A stretch of DNA of 38,231 nt, taken from positions 18,160,811 to 18,199,041 of the forward strand of contig NC_068983.1 in NCBI RefSeq assembly GCF_001194135.2. Reading direction: 5' to 3'. How positions within the stretch are numbered: position 1 is the stretch's first letter; each line of letters opens with the position of its first letter. Source of the DNA: Octopus bimaculoides. Its lineage: Eukaryota. Below the pieces are notes generated by a model. That model ran no database searches, was not told the DNA's origin, and worked only from the letters and a program-made list of their open reading frames with translations. Position numbers and translations under genes: made by a program. Of this stretch, positions 10,964-23,209 are shown in pieces.

Positions 10964-12448
10964 GCGTTAGAATATAAGTATTCATTTTAGTAATATATTC
11001 TTATCTTAACATTATTGCTTGGGTCGTTACTTACTTCCTCACGTACTTACCTGAAATTTCATGATATTTCACCTCATAACTGTTTTTCTACTAATTTTTT
11101 TCAACGCGACGAACGACTCTGAATTCCTCATGCATTATTGTATCAATTAAGACTCAAAAAATTATACTTTTATTTTAAAATAAAGAAACAAAATTTAATT
11201 GAAGATGAATAAGTACCTTACTGCCCCGCCCCCCTTAGATCTCATATATTTTGATGTAACATTTTTTCTACTGAACCAAATCTCAAACTATTTATGCCAA
11301 AGTGTAGCTGAGATATTCACTTTAAAACTATTAATAGTTTGCAATTTAGTTGAGAACTGAATTAGTGGCGAAGCTTGGAAGCTGCTGCGATTGACGAAAT
11401 GGTGGACTTAAGAATATATTCAACCAGTACCGTGGTTGAATGACAAGGCAATCCTAACAATGCATAACAACAGACTTGGTGGCTACATCGAGAATACCTT
11501 TTAGCATAGATTTATTAGCTCTGTGTTGATCTATCTGGAACTGAAGAATAACAATTAAAGAAAAGAAACCACTGTTATTTTAAAAGCGAGCTGTCATAAG
11601 AATTCTCAAATTTAATTTTAACTTGTCTTACACTGATTATATATTGCTCTCACTCACCCTCTTTCTCTTTCTCTCGCTTTCTCTCACTTGATCTTTCCTT
11701 TCTCCCACTCATTACTTCGCTTTTATGAGAAGAGTCACCGTTTGCAATAATATATCTCAAAGGAAGCTGTAGCGCCCTATTCGAGTCGTTTGAGTTAGTG
11801 AGCGTCAGTGTAATATTACGTAAATATTTAGAACGATGGACTGTAGTCGTGTCAAGAAGAGACCGCTACTTGGAAACGTTTTCTATATTTTTATCTATGC
11901 AATTTTGCTTCAACATTTGTTAATATGGTATTTGATTTTAACTAGATTTTGAACGTTTACATCTATGATTTACATAGAAAACTAATATGAATACCAACCC
12001 TTGTTAAATGAAACAACAACTCATCTCTAAATCTGCAAGTATACCTGAGATTAGAAACGATTTACTTCTATTATTCTCTACTTATCCGATTGTCATTAAG
12101 AAGATACCATCAGCGATTGCGTGCTATGCTTGGCATGGCCATCTCAAGAAAGTTATTGACCTATTTTAGTTGATCTCTATTTAATGAATGTTTGTTTACA
12201 AGAACTTATTGACTTTCCATCGGATTCTGAAATTCGTGCAATAATCATTTCAGTTTGTTAACAGCACGTCTAGATTGGGGATTAATTTGTAATAATTATT
12301 GGAAAAGTATAAACAACTCGATAACTGACGTACTCATTGTAAATATATGAAAACTTACAAAGAAACAGACAACTGATGTACTCATGTTACGTACATTCCT
12401 GGTTAATCGGTAGGAGTTAAATAAAAGGACATATGGGCATAAATAAGC

Positions 12449-12457
12449 ATCTATCTC

Positions 12458-12511
<54 letters not shown>

Positions 12512-12618
12512 AACCAATCTATCAATCATCTATCTATCTCTCTCTCTCTCTGTGCCTCTGTCAGTCTCTGTCTGCCTTACTCTCTCTCTCAATCTATCTA
12601 TCTATCTATCTATCTATC
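12449..12618. repeat. Compound (TCTA)n/(TC)n microsatellite
   Basis: Directly visible. Confidence 0.95.
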
Positions 12619-14356
12619 AACAAAATTTACTCAGAACGGCACTTTTGACCAGGAGCTATCTTGGAAGACATTTGCAGAAGGTGACGAGCAGAGATACTGA
12701 ACTCCAAGCAGTGTAATTCGAAAGTGAACTTTAACTATGGGAAATTCATCCATCCATAATGCTCAGGATCAAAATTTGAAAACATCTGATGTTAATTGGG
12801 AAACGCATACATATTCAGAAATGATAATTATATCCATGAAATAATTATAACCTGTCTTTCTTCTAAGTGCACTAAAAGGATACATAGTGCTTAGGCTTAC
12901 TCAACGAAAAAAAACAAACTACAAATACAAAACAATATAGGTTGTTATTTGCATTGCAATATTCTCCATCACTTATTTGTAACTACACATATATGAAACT
13001 ATATGTAAGAAGAGAGGTGCGAATTTCCCACGAACAACACTTCATTTTTCCTTTGATGCATATAACATTAAAGTGATATCTAATCTCTTTAAATTTTAAA
13101 CTTACAAAAAATGTTCACCGCAAATTTGAGCTCTCTTTTAAACAAACAACATCACTCATCTATCTCGGTGTAAACACTTATTCACAAGATTAATTATACT
13201 TGCTGATTTTGGTGAGGCAAGCCATCAATGTGTCTTGCTTGAATACTGCATTGTATTTATCTTTCTACCTCTCTCTAAAAACGAGTGTCTTAAACCGACA
13301 TACATCTAGCTAGGATTCTAAAGATCTTGCATATTGACTCATACTTTTCATCGATCTCGTGATGATACGAACTGTAGAGGGGGACATAAGTGTAAAGAGA
13401 TGTACTGGACAATTCTTGAATACTGTATGTATACTGCAATCTACTTAGATGAAGAAACAGTGACGAGGGAAAATCTGTAAATAATAATAATTATAAGCTT
13501 TGGACGCTTATAACCATTAAGCTTATTATTATTTAGAGAATTATATACATACATGTATATNNNNNNNNNNNNNNNNNNNNNNNNNNNNNNNNNNNNNNNN
13601 NNNNNNNNNNNNNNNNNNNNNNNNNNNNNNNNNNNNNNNNNNNNNNNNNNNNNNNNNNNNNNNNNNNNNNNNNNNNNNNNNNNNNNNNNNNNNNNNNNNN
13701 NNNNNNNNNNNNNNNNNNNNNNNNNNNNNNNNNNNNNNNNNNNNNNNNNNNNNNNNNNNNNNNNNNNNNNNNNNNNNNNNNNNNNNNNNNNNNNNNNNNN
13801 NNNNNNNNNNNNNNNNNNNNNNNNNNNNNNNNNNNNNNNNNNNNNNNNNNNNNNNNNNNNNNNNNNNNNNNNNNNNNNNNNNNNNNNNNNNNNNNNNNNN
13901 NNNNNNNNNNNNNNNNNNNNNNNNNNNNNNNNNNNNNNNNNNNNNNNNNNNNNNNNNNNNNNNNNNNNNNNNNNNNNNNNNNNNNNNNNNNNNNNNNNNN
14001 NNNNNNNNNNNNNNNNNNNNNNNNNNNNNNNNNNNNNNNNNNNNNNNNNNNNNNNNNNNNNNNNNNNNNNNNNNNNNNNNNNNNNNNNNNNNNNNNNNNN
14101 NNNNNNNNNNNNNNNNNNNNNNNNNNNNNNNNNNNNNNNNNNNNNNNNNNNNNNNNNNNNNNNNNNNNNNNNNNNNNNNNNNNNNNNNNNNNNNNNNNNN
14201 NNNNNNNNNNNNNNNNNNNNNNNNNNNNNNNNNNNNNNNNNNNNNNNNNNNNNNNNNNNNNNNNNNNNNNNNNNNNNNNNNNNNNNNNNNNNNNNNNNNN
14301 NNNNNNNNNNNNNNNNNNNNNNNNNNNNNNNNNNNNNNNNNNNNNNNNNNNNNNNN

Positions 14357-14425
<69 letters not shown>

Positions 14426-14999
14426 AAGAGACAATGATGCAAACAAGAAACTGAAACTGCTCGGATTTGATAAACAAAATATATGTTCATATATTCATAT
14501 AAATAGAGAGAAAGCAAAAGCAGAACATCTTAAGACGATGAAGTTCCAATTGTAAATATATAGGTATTTGTATATTAAGAAACCAGACTTACTCAGAACA
14601 CAAAAGACACAGAAAATTAAAAGGGAGATAATTATAAGGGAGAAAGTCCGTCTGCTGTTTCTGGGGGGCTCGTAGTCACTTTATAATGGTGGCACATGAA
14701 GTTCAACAGAATATGCAAAAAGTAATGGAAGCAAATAAACATTTAATAGACCTTGCCTTCGTCTTCAGGGAACAGAAATAAAAATCTGACAATTCAGATC
14801 ATGATGCTGGGAAATTTAAAGGTTAAATGAATGACGTTGAAGGTAAACACTAGTGGAAGAAAAAAGAAGATAGCTCAGTGTATATATGACAAGTATTGAA
14901 GGAAAGAAGGGTAAGAGAACCTGAGTCCGTTCAGGACAATGACGAGGTGAATGATCAGAATATGGAGAGAAGTAGTAGCAGAAGTAGAGAAGTAGTAGT

Positions 15000-15815
15000 C
15001 TTCCACTTAGAGGCTCTGCAATGTACGATACTAATGTATTATTGAGAGTAAACCCAACACCAGATTCTCTACGCTGACCCTTAGGTAGGCCTCTCCATAA
15101 AACAGTATATCCATAAGTAGGTTCATTTACACGACACTCACCAGAGAGACGAGTTTCAGAGAGCGCAACTACATCAAGGGAATATTTCTTGAGCTCACAT
15201 GCAATAAGTGCAGTACGCCTTTCTGGCCTCTTGTTGAAATTATCATCAAGAATTGTGCGCACATTCCAACAAGCGAAAGTCAAAGGTTGTTTATTTTTAC
15301 TTTTTCTTGAATATTGTTTGACCACAGTGGCAGCATGACGACCGGATCCAGCCTGGGATACACTGGGACACATGCCGAGCCAGACCTGTTCCTCTGACGT
15401 TTCCAAGCCTTTTTTGCCATTTACTGTATCTGTTTGAGACTTTTTAGAGTAAGTTACAAGTGCATTTTTAAGTTTCTGCCAACCACCCAATTGAATGATT
15501 TTACTAAGATTTGGAGTACAGGACGTACCTGTGCAGATGAATAATTTTCAGTGGGTGTAGCTTGCACTGCACTATCCACACCTATTGGCCCAAGAAGTCT
15601 TTCGCCGGTGTGACATGAAAAATGACAAAACCAGGAACTTCCAATGCCTCAGGTTTATTTCGGAGATTTCCTTCTCCTCGGTAGATTATCAACCAAGGTT
15701 AAAGAGCTTCTACCTGCCCATCAGATAAGCTATCCCATTCCAGACACCAAACCGACACTCACACACTCTATAAAGTGATCAAATATCACCCCGGTGACCG
15801 ATGCTGGGTAGCTCA
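15000..15815 (-). mobile_element. RTE-clade LINE 5' end: 5'UTR and N-terminal APE endonuclease, 3' truncated
   Basis: ORF 14816-15490 contains LTFACWNVRT, RPERRTALIACELKKYSLDVVALSETRL and RRESGVGF, typical of RTE APE domains. Upstream GGTTGATAATCTACCGAGGAGAAGGAAATCTCCGAAATAAACC resembles RTE 5'UTRs. Similarity stops at about 15000. Confidence 0.9.
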
Positions 15816-15955
15816 TTCATAAAAGAAAACAAAAAAAATATGTGATTTGCAAATGTAAATAAGAATTATATATAAATATAAAAAACGTAAAAGATGTGCA
15901 ATAAATATACATATATATAAAAGTACAAATATACACACACATATATATATATATA

Positions 15956-16004
15956 TACTCTTTTACTCTTTTACTTGTTTCAGTCATTTGACTGTTGCCA
16001 TGCT
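15956..16004 (-). mobile_element. SINE 3' tail fragment (family of 9717-9971)
   Basis: TACTCTTTTACTCTTTTACTTGTTTCAGTCATTTGACTG is identical to the start of the 9717 copy. Confidence 0.85.
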
Positions 16005-17146
16005 AGCACTAGTTTCTTATTTCATTATTGCATTTAATGGCAAAATTGACATTTTTGGGCAAAAGAATTAATTCCTGTTTAACAAAAAAATTTCATGTGA
16101 TAGAAAATTTCTGAGGGCATTTCTGAACTCAGCACCGCCAAATTAGATAGGGCTAATTGAAAAAAAGATAGAGAACTAAATTTTTTTTTTCAAAAATGTT
16201 CCCCAGTGTAATAGATAATACTTGACAAATATCGAAGTTTTTCCGTTGCTCAATCCAAATCAACTTGCCGTGAAAGTATATAGTGAGTGTCAAATCTTTT
16301 TCCTTGAACTAATTTCATGCACAAGACTTGAGTAAACCTGAGGATATAGAAAAGATACTTGCCACGATTGCCCTCAGATATGTCGAACACGTGAGCTCAA
16401 AGTTGGAAAACTGACTTCTTAATCAATATTATTTCTAACTTCATATTTGCTTATTTTTGTTCATGTGCATGTATGGGAGTTTGTTCGCGTATCAGTACCT
16501 ATATATGTAGTTGTTTTTATGTAATAGTATTGTTGCAGCTAGGAGTTCATATCACGGGGATGAAATGCCGTTAATTTTCATATAGATATATCTCTGTTCC
16601 TAGAATATTAGAGAACTGTTAATTAATTAGATTTCGTTACTATATATTAAATATATATTGTAATTAATCGTTTTGTAAGTAACTGAAACAGAATTTTCTC
16701 AGCATTAACTAAAAATGTGTATACCCACATATCTACCTACCTACCTGCCGACTTAACTCCCTACATACTTACATACAAACCGATACATGTGTATGTATGT
16801 CTATATATTTTTGTGTGTGTATATATGGATTGTCCATGCACAGGGGCCATCCGGACTCCCGTTTGCGCCGTGAACAGGGATTAATCTTCTATCTTCGCTC
16901 CTTTGCGCCACATGGGCTCAACTCCCCTCCACTCTTCATCTAACCCCCTCCTCCTGTCTCTCTCCCCCANNNNNNNNNNNNNNNNNNNNNNNNNNNNNNN
17001 NNNNNNNNNNNNNNNNNNNNNNNNNNNNNNNNNNNNNNNNNNNNNNNNNNNNNNNNNNNNNNNNNNNNNNNNNNNNNNNNNNNNNNNNNNNNNNNNNNNN
17101 NNNNNNNNNNNNNNNNNNNNNNNNNNNNNNNNNNNNNNNNNNNNNN

Positions 17147-17191
<45 letters not shown>

Positions 17192-18212
17192 CAATACCAA
17201 TATGTGTATATGTATTTATAATCACGCTCTGTTATTGAGTTATACGTTGTGTAACTACATGTAAATGAAATAACTTTTCCCAAATAGTACAAATATTGCA
17301 TAATATAATTTCATATTCTGAAAATATTTCCCTTGGACACAAAATTAATTATGAGTTAATTTATTTGATAACATTTCGAAATTACCATAAATGCATGTGA
17401 AATATAAAACAGTAGCGAATACGTTGCGATGTTCTAGCTCTTCTGATGAGAAGAGAGATCGAAGAATGTTAATGAATTCTTGAAAGTTTTATGGTTCAGC
17501 AACTTTTATGCAAATTTTAACGAACAAATTAAACACTGGTTCATTTGAGACGAGTCACTAGTTTCACTGTACAATCCTATTTATGGCAATTAAAGGCCAT
17601 TAACAGGTTTGGGCTACGTGTCTTTAATATAATTATAATAGTGTATGAATCTATTTAAAAGTTTTGGAGTTCAGAATAATTTTAAAGCATAACCAAAGGG
17701 AAAGAAATGTCTAAATGACAACTAACATCAGGCTGGTTTTATGTTGATCAGTTAATTTGAATGCTCTTAGGTTATCTTAACGATAATATTTTCTCAAATA
17801 TTTAGTTGTAAAAAGGAACAACAAAAACAAAAGTACATGCGTTTCAACCAATAATTAATACATTGAACTAATTGGTGAATGTAATGAAATTGGCAACATA
17901 TTTTTTAGTATTGATGTAAAACAATATAAAAAGGAAATTTCAGTAACTCTATTATATTGCTACATTAAAAAGAAAATGGGGAGGAAACGGAAGGGATTTT
18001 GTTACGTCTCGTCATTTATGTTTGCCTAGGAAACTATATGCAAACATGCTTCCATGCATACATTAATACATACACATAAATACATAAAAACAAAGGAAAG
18101 TACCCTGTTGTTGAAATTCCGACGAAGGAACCTTGAATCTAGGTTAGAAACCGGTTCTTTATTGGCAAGAAATCTTGAAATAAACTGAATAATGACATAC
18201 ATGCATGCACAC

Positions 18213-18243
<31 letters not shown>

Positions 18244-18988
18244 TATNNNNNNNNNNNNNNNNNNNNNNNNNNNNNNNNNNNNNNNNNNNNNNNNNNNNNN
18301 NNNNNNNNNNNNNNNNNNNNNNNNNNNNNNNNNNNNNNNNNNNNNNNNNNNNNNNNNNNNNNNNNNNNNNNNNNNNNNNNNNNNNNNNNNNNNNNNNNNN
18401 NNNNNNNNNNNNNNNNNNNNNNNNNNNNNNNNNNNNNNNNNNNNNNNNNNNNNNNNNNNNNNNNNNNNNNNNNNNNNNNNNNNNNNNNNNNNNNNNNNNN
18501 NNNNNNNNNNNNNNNNNNNNNNNNNNNNNNNNNNNNNNNNNNNNNNNNNNNNNNNNNNNNNNNNNNNNNNNNNNNNNNNNNNNNNNNNNNNNNNNNNTAT
18601 TTGAACTTGAAGGGTTCTTGGGAAACACATTGTGCGATATGAAAACCTGCAGAAATATTGTGTTTCCAGAGCATGAAACTATTATTAGGCTATATTTAAA
18701 TACTGTGTATATGTAATGATAGTTATCTCTTATTGGATGCAGTACTTTTTGTTGATCCCGAATATCACGGAACAGTAAACTACACGCACACACACACACA
18801 CACACAAATACACACACACACACACACTCACACAGACACAGACAGATACACAGACACACAGACACACACACATACACAAGAAAAAAACACATTGACTCAT
18901 GACTCTCGAAGCATGTCACATACAGTTATGAAGAATATCATGTAAATATTGAAATGAAAAACTATTTTGAATTGAAAAAGGCAGAAAA

Positions 18989-19055
18989 CTGCCTGTGAGA
19001 CTCGAACCCATAACTCCTGTAAATACGGCAGGCATTCCACCATTGGATAAAGCAG
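18989..19055 (-). pseudogene. tRNA-like sequence (decayed tRNA or SINE head)
   Basis: Minus strand has acceptor-like CTGCTT/AGGCAG, an A-box-like TATCCAATGGTGG, a CCTG/CAGG arm and the T-loop GGGTTCGAGTCTC. The D arm is poor and the anticodon is not assignable. Confidence 0.5.
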
Positions 19056-19342
19056 TAATTCAAATTTCTCAGTTCATTTTCGAAACTTCTTTCTTGGTAA
19101 GGGAAACTGTATGTTTTTGGCATATGTATAAACGTCTGAAAGAAGGTTTAATTATATTTTGTAATAATTGTTCTCGAAGCACAACACATGTAGCTATAAA
19201 GAATAGCATGTAAATATTTGATACAAAAACTATTTTGGTTAGAAAAGTTGATTGACTTAGAGAATTATTCATCACAATCAGAATTATTTCATGTCCTCAA
19301 AAATGGTTTTGAAATTCTTCTGGTGTCAACAATATATATATA

Positions 19343-19662
19343 CAGGGGTTGGAAAAAATAATGGAAACACTTATCATCATAATTTTGAAATAACTATAAA
19401 ACCGCCAAAAGCTAGTATATTTTTATGATTTTTTAAATTTATTATTAGTGTCGCTTAATATGTTTTGCTAACATTGCTGTTACTTTTCAGATATCATCAC
19501 AAAAAGGTAATTAAAATTCATTAAACTGACAGATCTATCGGACTTTCAAAGAGGTCAAATTATTGGTGCTCGTATGGCAGGCACTAACGTAACGAAAACA
19601 GCCGAAATAGTTGGTGTATGAAGAACTACTGTCTAGAAAGTAATGACAAATTCTGAGAAACA
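19343..19662 (+). mobile_element. Tc1-family DNA transposon 5' fragment (left TIR and paired-like HTH)
   Basis: TA|CAGGGGTTGGAAAAAATAATGGAAACAC terminus. From 19526 the frame reads LTDLSDFQRGQIIGARMAGTNVTKTAEIVGV*RTTV*KVMT. Confidence 0.85.
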
Positions 19663-20026
19663 ATAGACACAATATGGAAATTAAGTCCTATCAGTAAACT
19701 CAGGGGGACCACAAACGTGGCAAATATTTAGCCACATGTGAACATAATCCGGAAAGTTCAGACCTTGAATGTAGACATGTGGTGGGGTCTAAGCTGCCTT
19801 TCCAGATGAGCGATCTTTCCATGTCACATAGACCGCACCTTCCGCTGCCGCTGGTGTAAGGTACCTTTATCTTTTAAAGATCATATATGACTAGATAATT
19901 TGGTCGCTTTCCTTTTGTCCCAGTGCCTGAAACTCAAGGTGTGATTATTGAATCTGGTCTTGAAATTGCCCTTCGTAAGACCCACGTATTTCTTCGTCGA
20001 AACTGTGTCCTTAATGTATACAGAGA
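19663..20026 (-). mobile_element. 5'-truncated Penelope-like element: C-terminal GIY-YIG plus a short 3' tail
   Basis: Minus strand reads KKYVGLTKGNFKTRFNNHTLSFRHWDKRKATKLSSHI*SLKDK, then (frameshift/deletion) YTSGSGRCGLCDMERSLIW...LHSRSELSGLCSHVAKYL, with the stop at 19700-19702. Missed by the ORF track. Confidence 0.85.
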
Positions 20027-20885
20027 CCCCTGAGTTTACTGATAGGACTTGCTTTCTATATTGTGTCTATGTATAAGCTTTTTATCTCTCTATACTTTTT
20101 ACTTAGTTTTCTTATATATTTTTTATATTTTTTTACATATTTATAGAGATAATGTTTTGTATATTTTCCACACGTATTTTTTCTGTTTTTTCGCCTCCAC
20201 CCTGCTTTTTTCCTGTGCGTCTATAGACACGTACATGGAACCTTATGTGCGCACTTGTGGATGTGTGCGTGTGTGCGGGTACGTGCGTATATAAATGTAT
20301 GTTCGTTCATACGAAGACATCCGCATATAGACGCGTTTTAACCTTATAGCTTTTTCACACTTTCTTCTGTATTTTGCTTTTAGCCCTATGATTTTTTTGC
20401 ATGCGCGTGTATGGGTGCAATGCTCTTGAGTGCGTGTGTGTGTGGGTGTGTATGCGGGTATACCCGTGTATGCGGGTATATATATGTATATATATGTATA
20501 GTTTTTGGCGAGTATGTGGGTGAGCATGTGTGTTTCAAGCGAGGGTGGTTTAGTATATACATATAGGCGAATGTACGGATTGGTGCGCTTACGCGAATAC
20601 TTTAGACTTTTCTACTCCCTTACCTTTACCCCCTCCTCTTACTTAGCGGTATATAGCTCTTTTGTGTTAATAACGGTCAACCACACATTAATTTCCTTTG
20701 TTTAACGGTAATTTTTCACACGAATTTTCAATGGCCGGAAATCTTAAGAGATGTTGGCGTGGCTTCCCGCCCCGGTATCCGAAACTCGGAGTTTTATCAT
20801 AGCTACCGAATAAGTGTCACATTCTTTTACAGATAAATTCCTGTATTTACATAATACTGAGGTTTCTTTCTTTTGTTGTCCTTTC
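20027..20885 (+). mobile_element. Inverted pseudo-LTR / 3'UTR of the same PLE
   Basis: Starts with a 44-bp inverted copy (41/44 identical) of the PLE stop and tail at 19663-19706, then continues as T-rich UTR-like sequence containing a hammerhead-like motif. The right boundary is approximate. Confidence 0.65.
20743..20795 (+). ncRNA. Degenerate hammerhead-like motif in the PLE pseudo-LTR
   Basis: CTTAAGA (G5->U), helix II GATG/TATC with inner GGCG/CGCC, GAAA at 20781-20784, and palindromic AAACTC-G-GAGTTT. Helix I is weak. Confidence 0.4.
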
Positions 20886-22135
20886 TATTAATATATATAT
20901 AAACATATATATTTATATACATATCTCAATATATCTATACATATATAAATACATATACATATATATATATATATGAATATATATATATATGTATATATAT
21001 ATAAATATATATATATGTATATATATAAATATATATATATATGTATATATGTGANNNNNNNNNNNNNNNNNNNNNNNNNNNNNNNNNNNNNNNNNNNNNN
21101 NNNNNNNNNNNNNNNNNNNNNNNNNNNNNNNNNNNNNNNNNNNNNNNNNNNNNNNNNNNNNNNNNNNNNNNNNNNNNNNNNNNNNNNNNNNNNNNNNNNN
21201 NNNNNNNNNNNNNNNNNNNNNNNNNNNNNNNNNNNNNNNNNNNNNNNNNNNNNNNNNNNNNNNNNNNNNNNNNNNNNNNNNNNNNNNNNNNNNNNNNNNN
21301 NNNNNNNNNNNNNNNNNNNNNNNNNNNNNNNNNNNNNNNNNNNNNNNNNNNNNNNNNNNNNNNNNNNNNNNNNNNNNNNNNNNNNNNNNNNNNNNNNNNN
21401 NNNNNNNNNNNNNNNNNNNNNNNNNNNNNNNNNNNNNNNNNNNNNNNNNNNNNNNNNNNNNNNNNNNNNNNNNNNNNNNNNNNNNNNNNNNNNNNNNNNN
21501 NNNNNNNNNNNNNNNNNNNNNNNNNNNNNNNNNNNNNNNNNNNNNNNNNNNNNNNNNNNNNNNNNNNNNNNNNNNNNNNNNNNNNNNNNNNNNNNNNNNN
21601 NNNNNNNNNNNNNNNNNNNNNNNNNNNNNNNNNNNNNNNNNNNNNNNNNNNNNNNNNNNNNNNNNNNNNNNNNNNNNNNNNNNNNNNNNNNNNNNNNNNN
21701 NNNNNNNNNNNNNNNNNNNNNNNNNNNNATATATATTTATATACATATCTCAATATATCTATACATATATAAATACATATACATATATATATATATAGAA
21801 AACCTACTTTGCTTAATATGGAAAGTACTGTAGGAAATTAATTTAAGAGAATACGCACGTAATATACTTTTTAATTAAATTCATAATAAGTATTAGACTG
21901 ACAGTTCAATGTTAATCTCTAAACTTCAGGTGAATCCTAACCTTTTTAAAGAAGTGCGATTTTACAAAGGCCTCATTAGCATGCCCTTTTGCAATAACTA
22001 AATAAATGAAACCTCATTTTAGTATATATTGACGCGGATAAGTAGGTTAACTTTAATTTTTTATGGAAACTACGACTGAGTGCAGGACCTAAATATTGAA
22101 ATTATATTGGTTCTTGGAGCACCAGCATTGAAAGG

Positions 22136-22393
22136 GGAGGTGATTAGTTAGTGGTTCGAGTGTTGGGCTCATGATCGGAAAATTGCGGTTTCGGTCGCTG
22201 GATTTGGAGATCCGTTGTGCTCTGGAGCAAAATACTTTATTTTGAGTTGCTCTAGTTCATTCAGCAGGAAAAATTGAGTAATCCTGCGATGAATCGGCGT
22301 CCCGCCAAGTGGGGGATTTATACGCAATGGAAACCGGAAAATGGCTTTTAAGAGTCGGCATGACTCGAGAAGACAACCTTTACTTTACTTTAC
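22136..22393 (+). mobile_element. tRNA-derived SINE, degenerate, near full length
   Basis: A-box-like TTAGTTAGTGG, B-box-like GGTTTCGGTC, 3' hairpin GAGTC-GGCAT-GACTC and a (CTTTA)n tail. Confidence 0.7.
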
Positions 22394-22986
22394 ACCAGCG
22401 TTCATGATATCAGCTCATTGATAATATAATTCTGACTTAATTTCTAATCACGACGTATGTTATGGCAAAAATATTTCATTGAAAAATATGCTTAAACTGA
22501 TAATATTGTACTTGGCCAAAATTTTATTTATTCCAAAGCAAAGATAAAAACCCTCGGAACACAGTGACTCCCCCACCGTGAGATGTAATCACATATTATA
22601 GAGGAAATATCCTTTTGACATATACAATTCAAGCGATTACACAATTATCTATTGCGGTACAGGTACGGCAATGTATTCACTTCTCAACATCAGTCTTCAA
22701 TTCTTATAAGTTTCAGTTACATAAATTGTAAACATTTTATATATTCCTATTTTCACATGATTTGTATCAAATATATGATAGTATTTATTGCATTTGTTGT
22801 TTATGTGTGTTTTTCGCTTCAAATAAGTGATGGAAAGTTTTCTGCACGTCGTATATTTCTTTTCTACGCATTTCTGTATATCATGATCTCTTTCTCTCAG
22901 TCTGTGCGAGTTCGCTTGTGCGTGCGTGCATGTGTGTATGGTGCGTACTCACGGGCGCTTGCACGCCTATATGATGTATGGATATT

Positions 22987-23030
<44 letters not shown>

Positions 23031-23127
23031 ATATATACATATGTATACATATGTGCGTATCTGTATATACACACATATACACACATGTGCGTATCTTTAT
23101 ATACACACATATACACACATATATGTG

Positions 23128-23209
<82 letters not shown>

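Noticed and set aside
11740-11880. Possible mariner-like MITE or 5' leader (TAGCGCCCT..., ATGGAC)
   Set aside because: No TIR pair and no convincing transposase translation.
12635-12680. Possible exon ([15 protein letters not shown]), phase-compatible with the 5826 exon
   Set aside because: Poor pyrimidine tract, weak GTGACG donor and two open frames; not distinguishable from chance.
14700-14960. Possible RTE ORF2 C-terminus on + (SIEGKKGKR) facing the RTE 5' fragment
   Set aside because: Similarity is limited to about 10 residues in purine-rich sequence with many stops.
16326-16403. CTGAGGA ... GAACACGTG with flanking ACTTGAG/CTCAAAGT pairing
   Set aside because: Lacks the third A of GAAA, a credible helix II and an NUH triplet; at best a heavily decayed hammerhead.
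17443-17470. CTGATGA followed by GAAG
   Set aside because: GAAG rather than GAAA, only 2 bp of helix II, and no helix I or III.
19884-19890. In-frame TGA in the PLE endonuclease as possible selenocysteine recoding
   Set aside because: It falls at a position normally Trp (HIW.LK), so TGG->TGA decay is the simpler reading; the element is also frameshifted.
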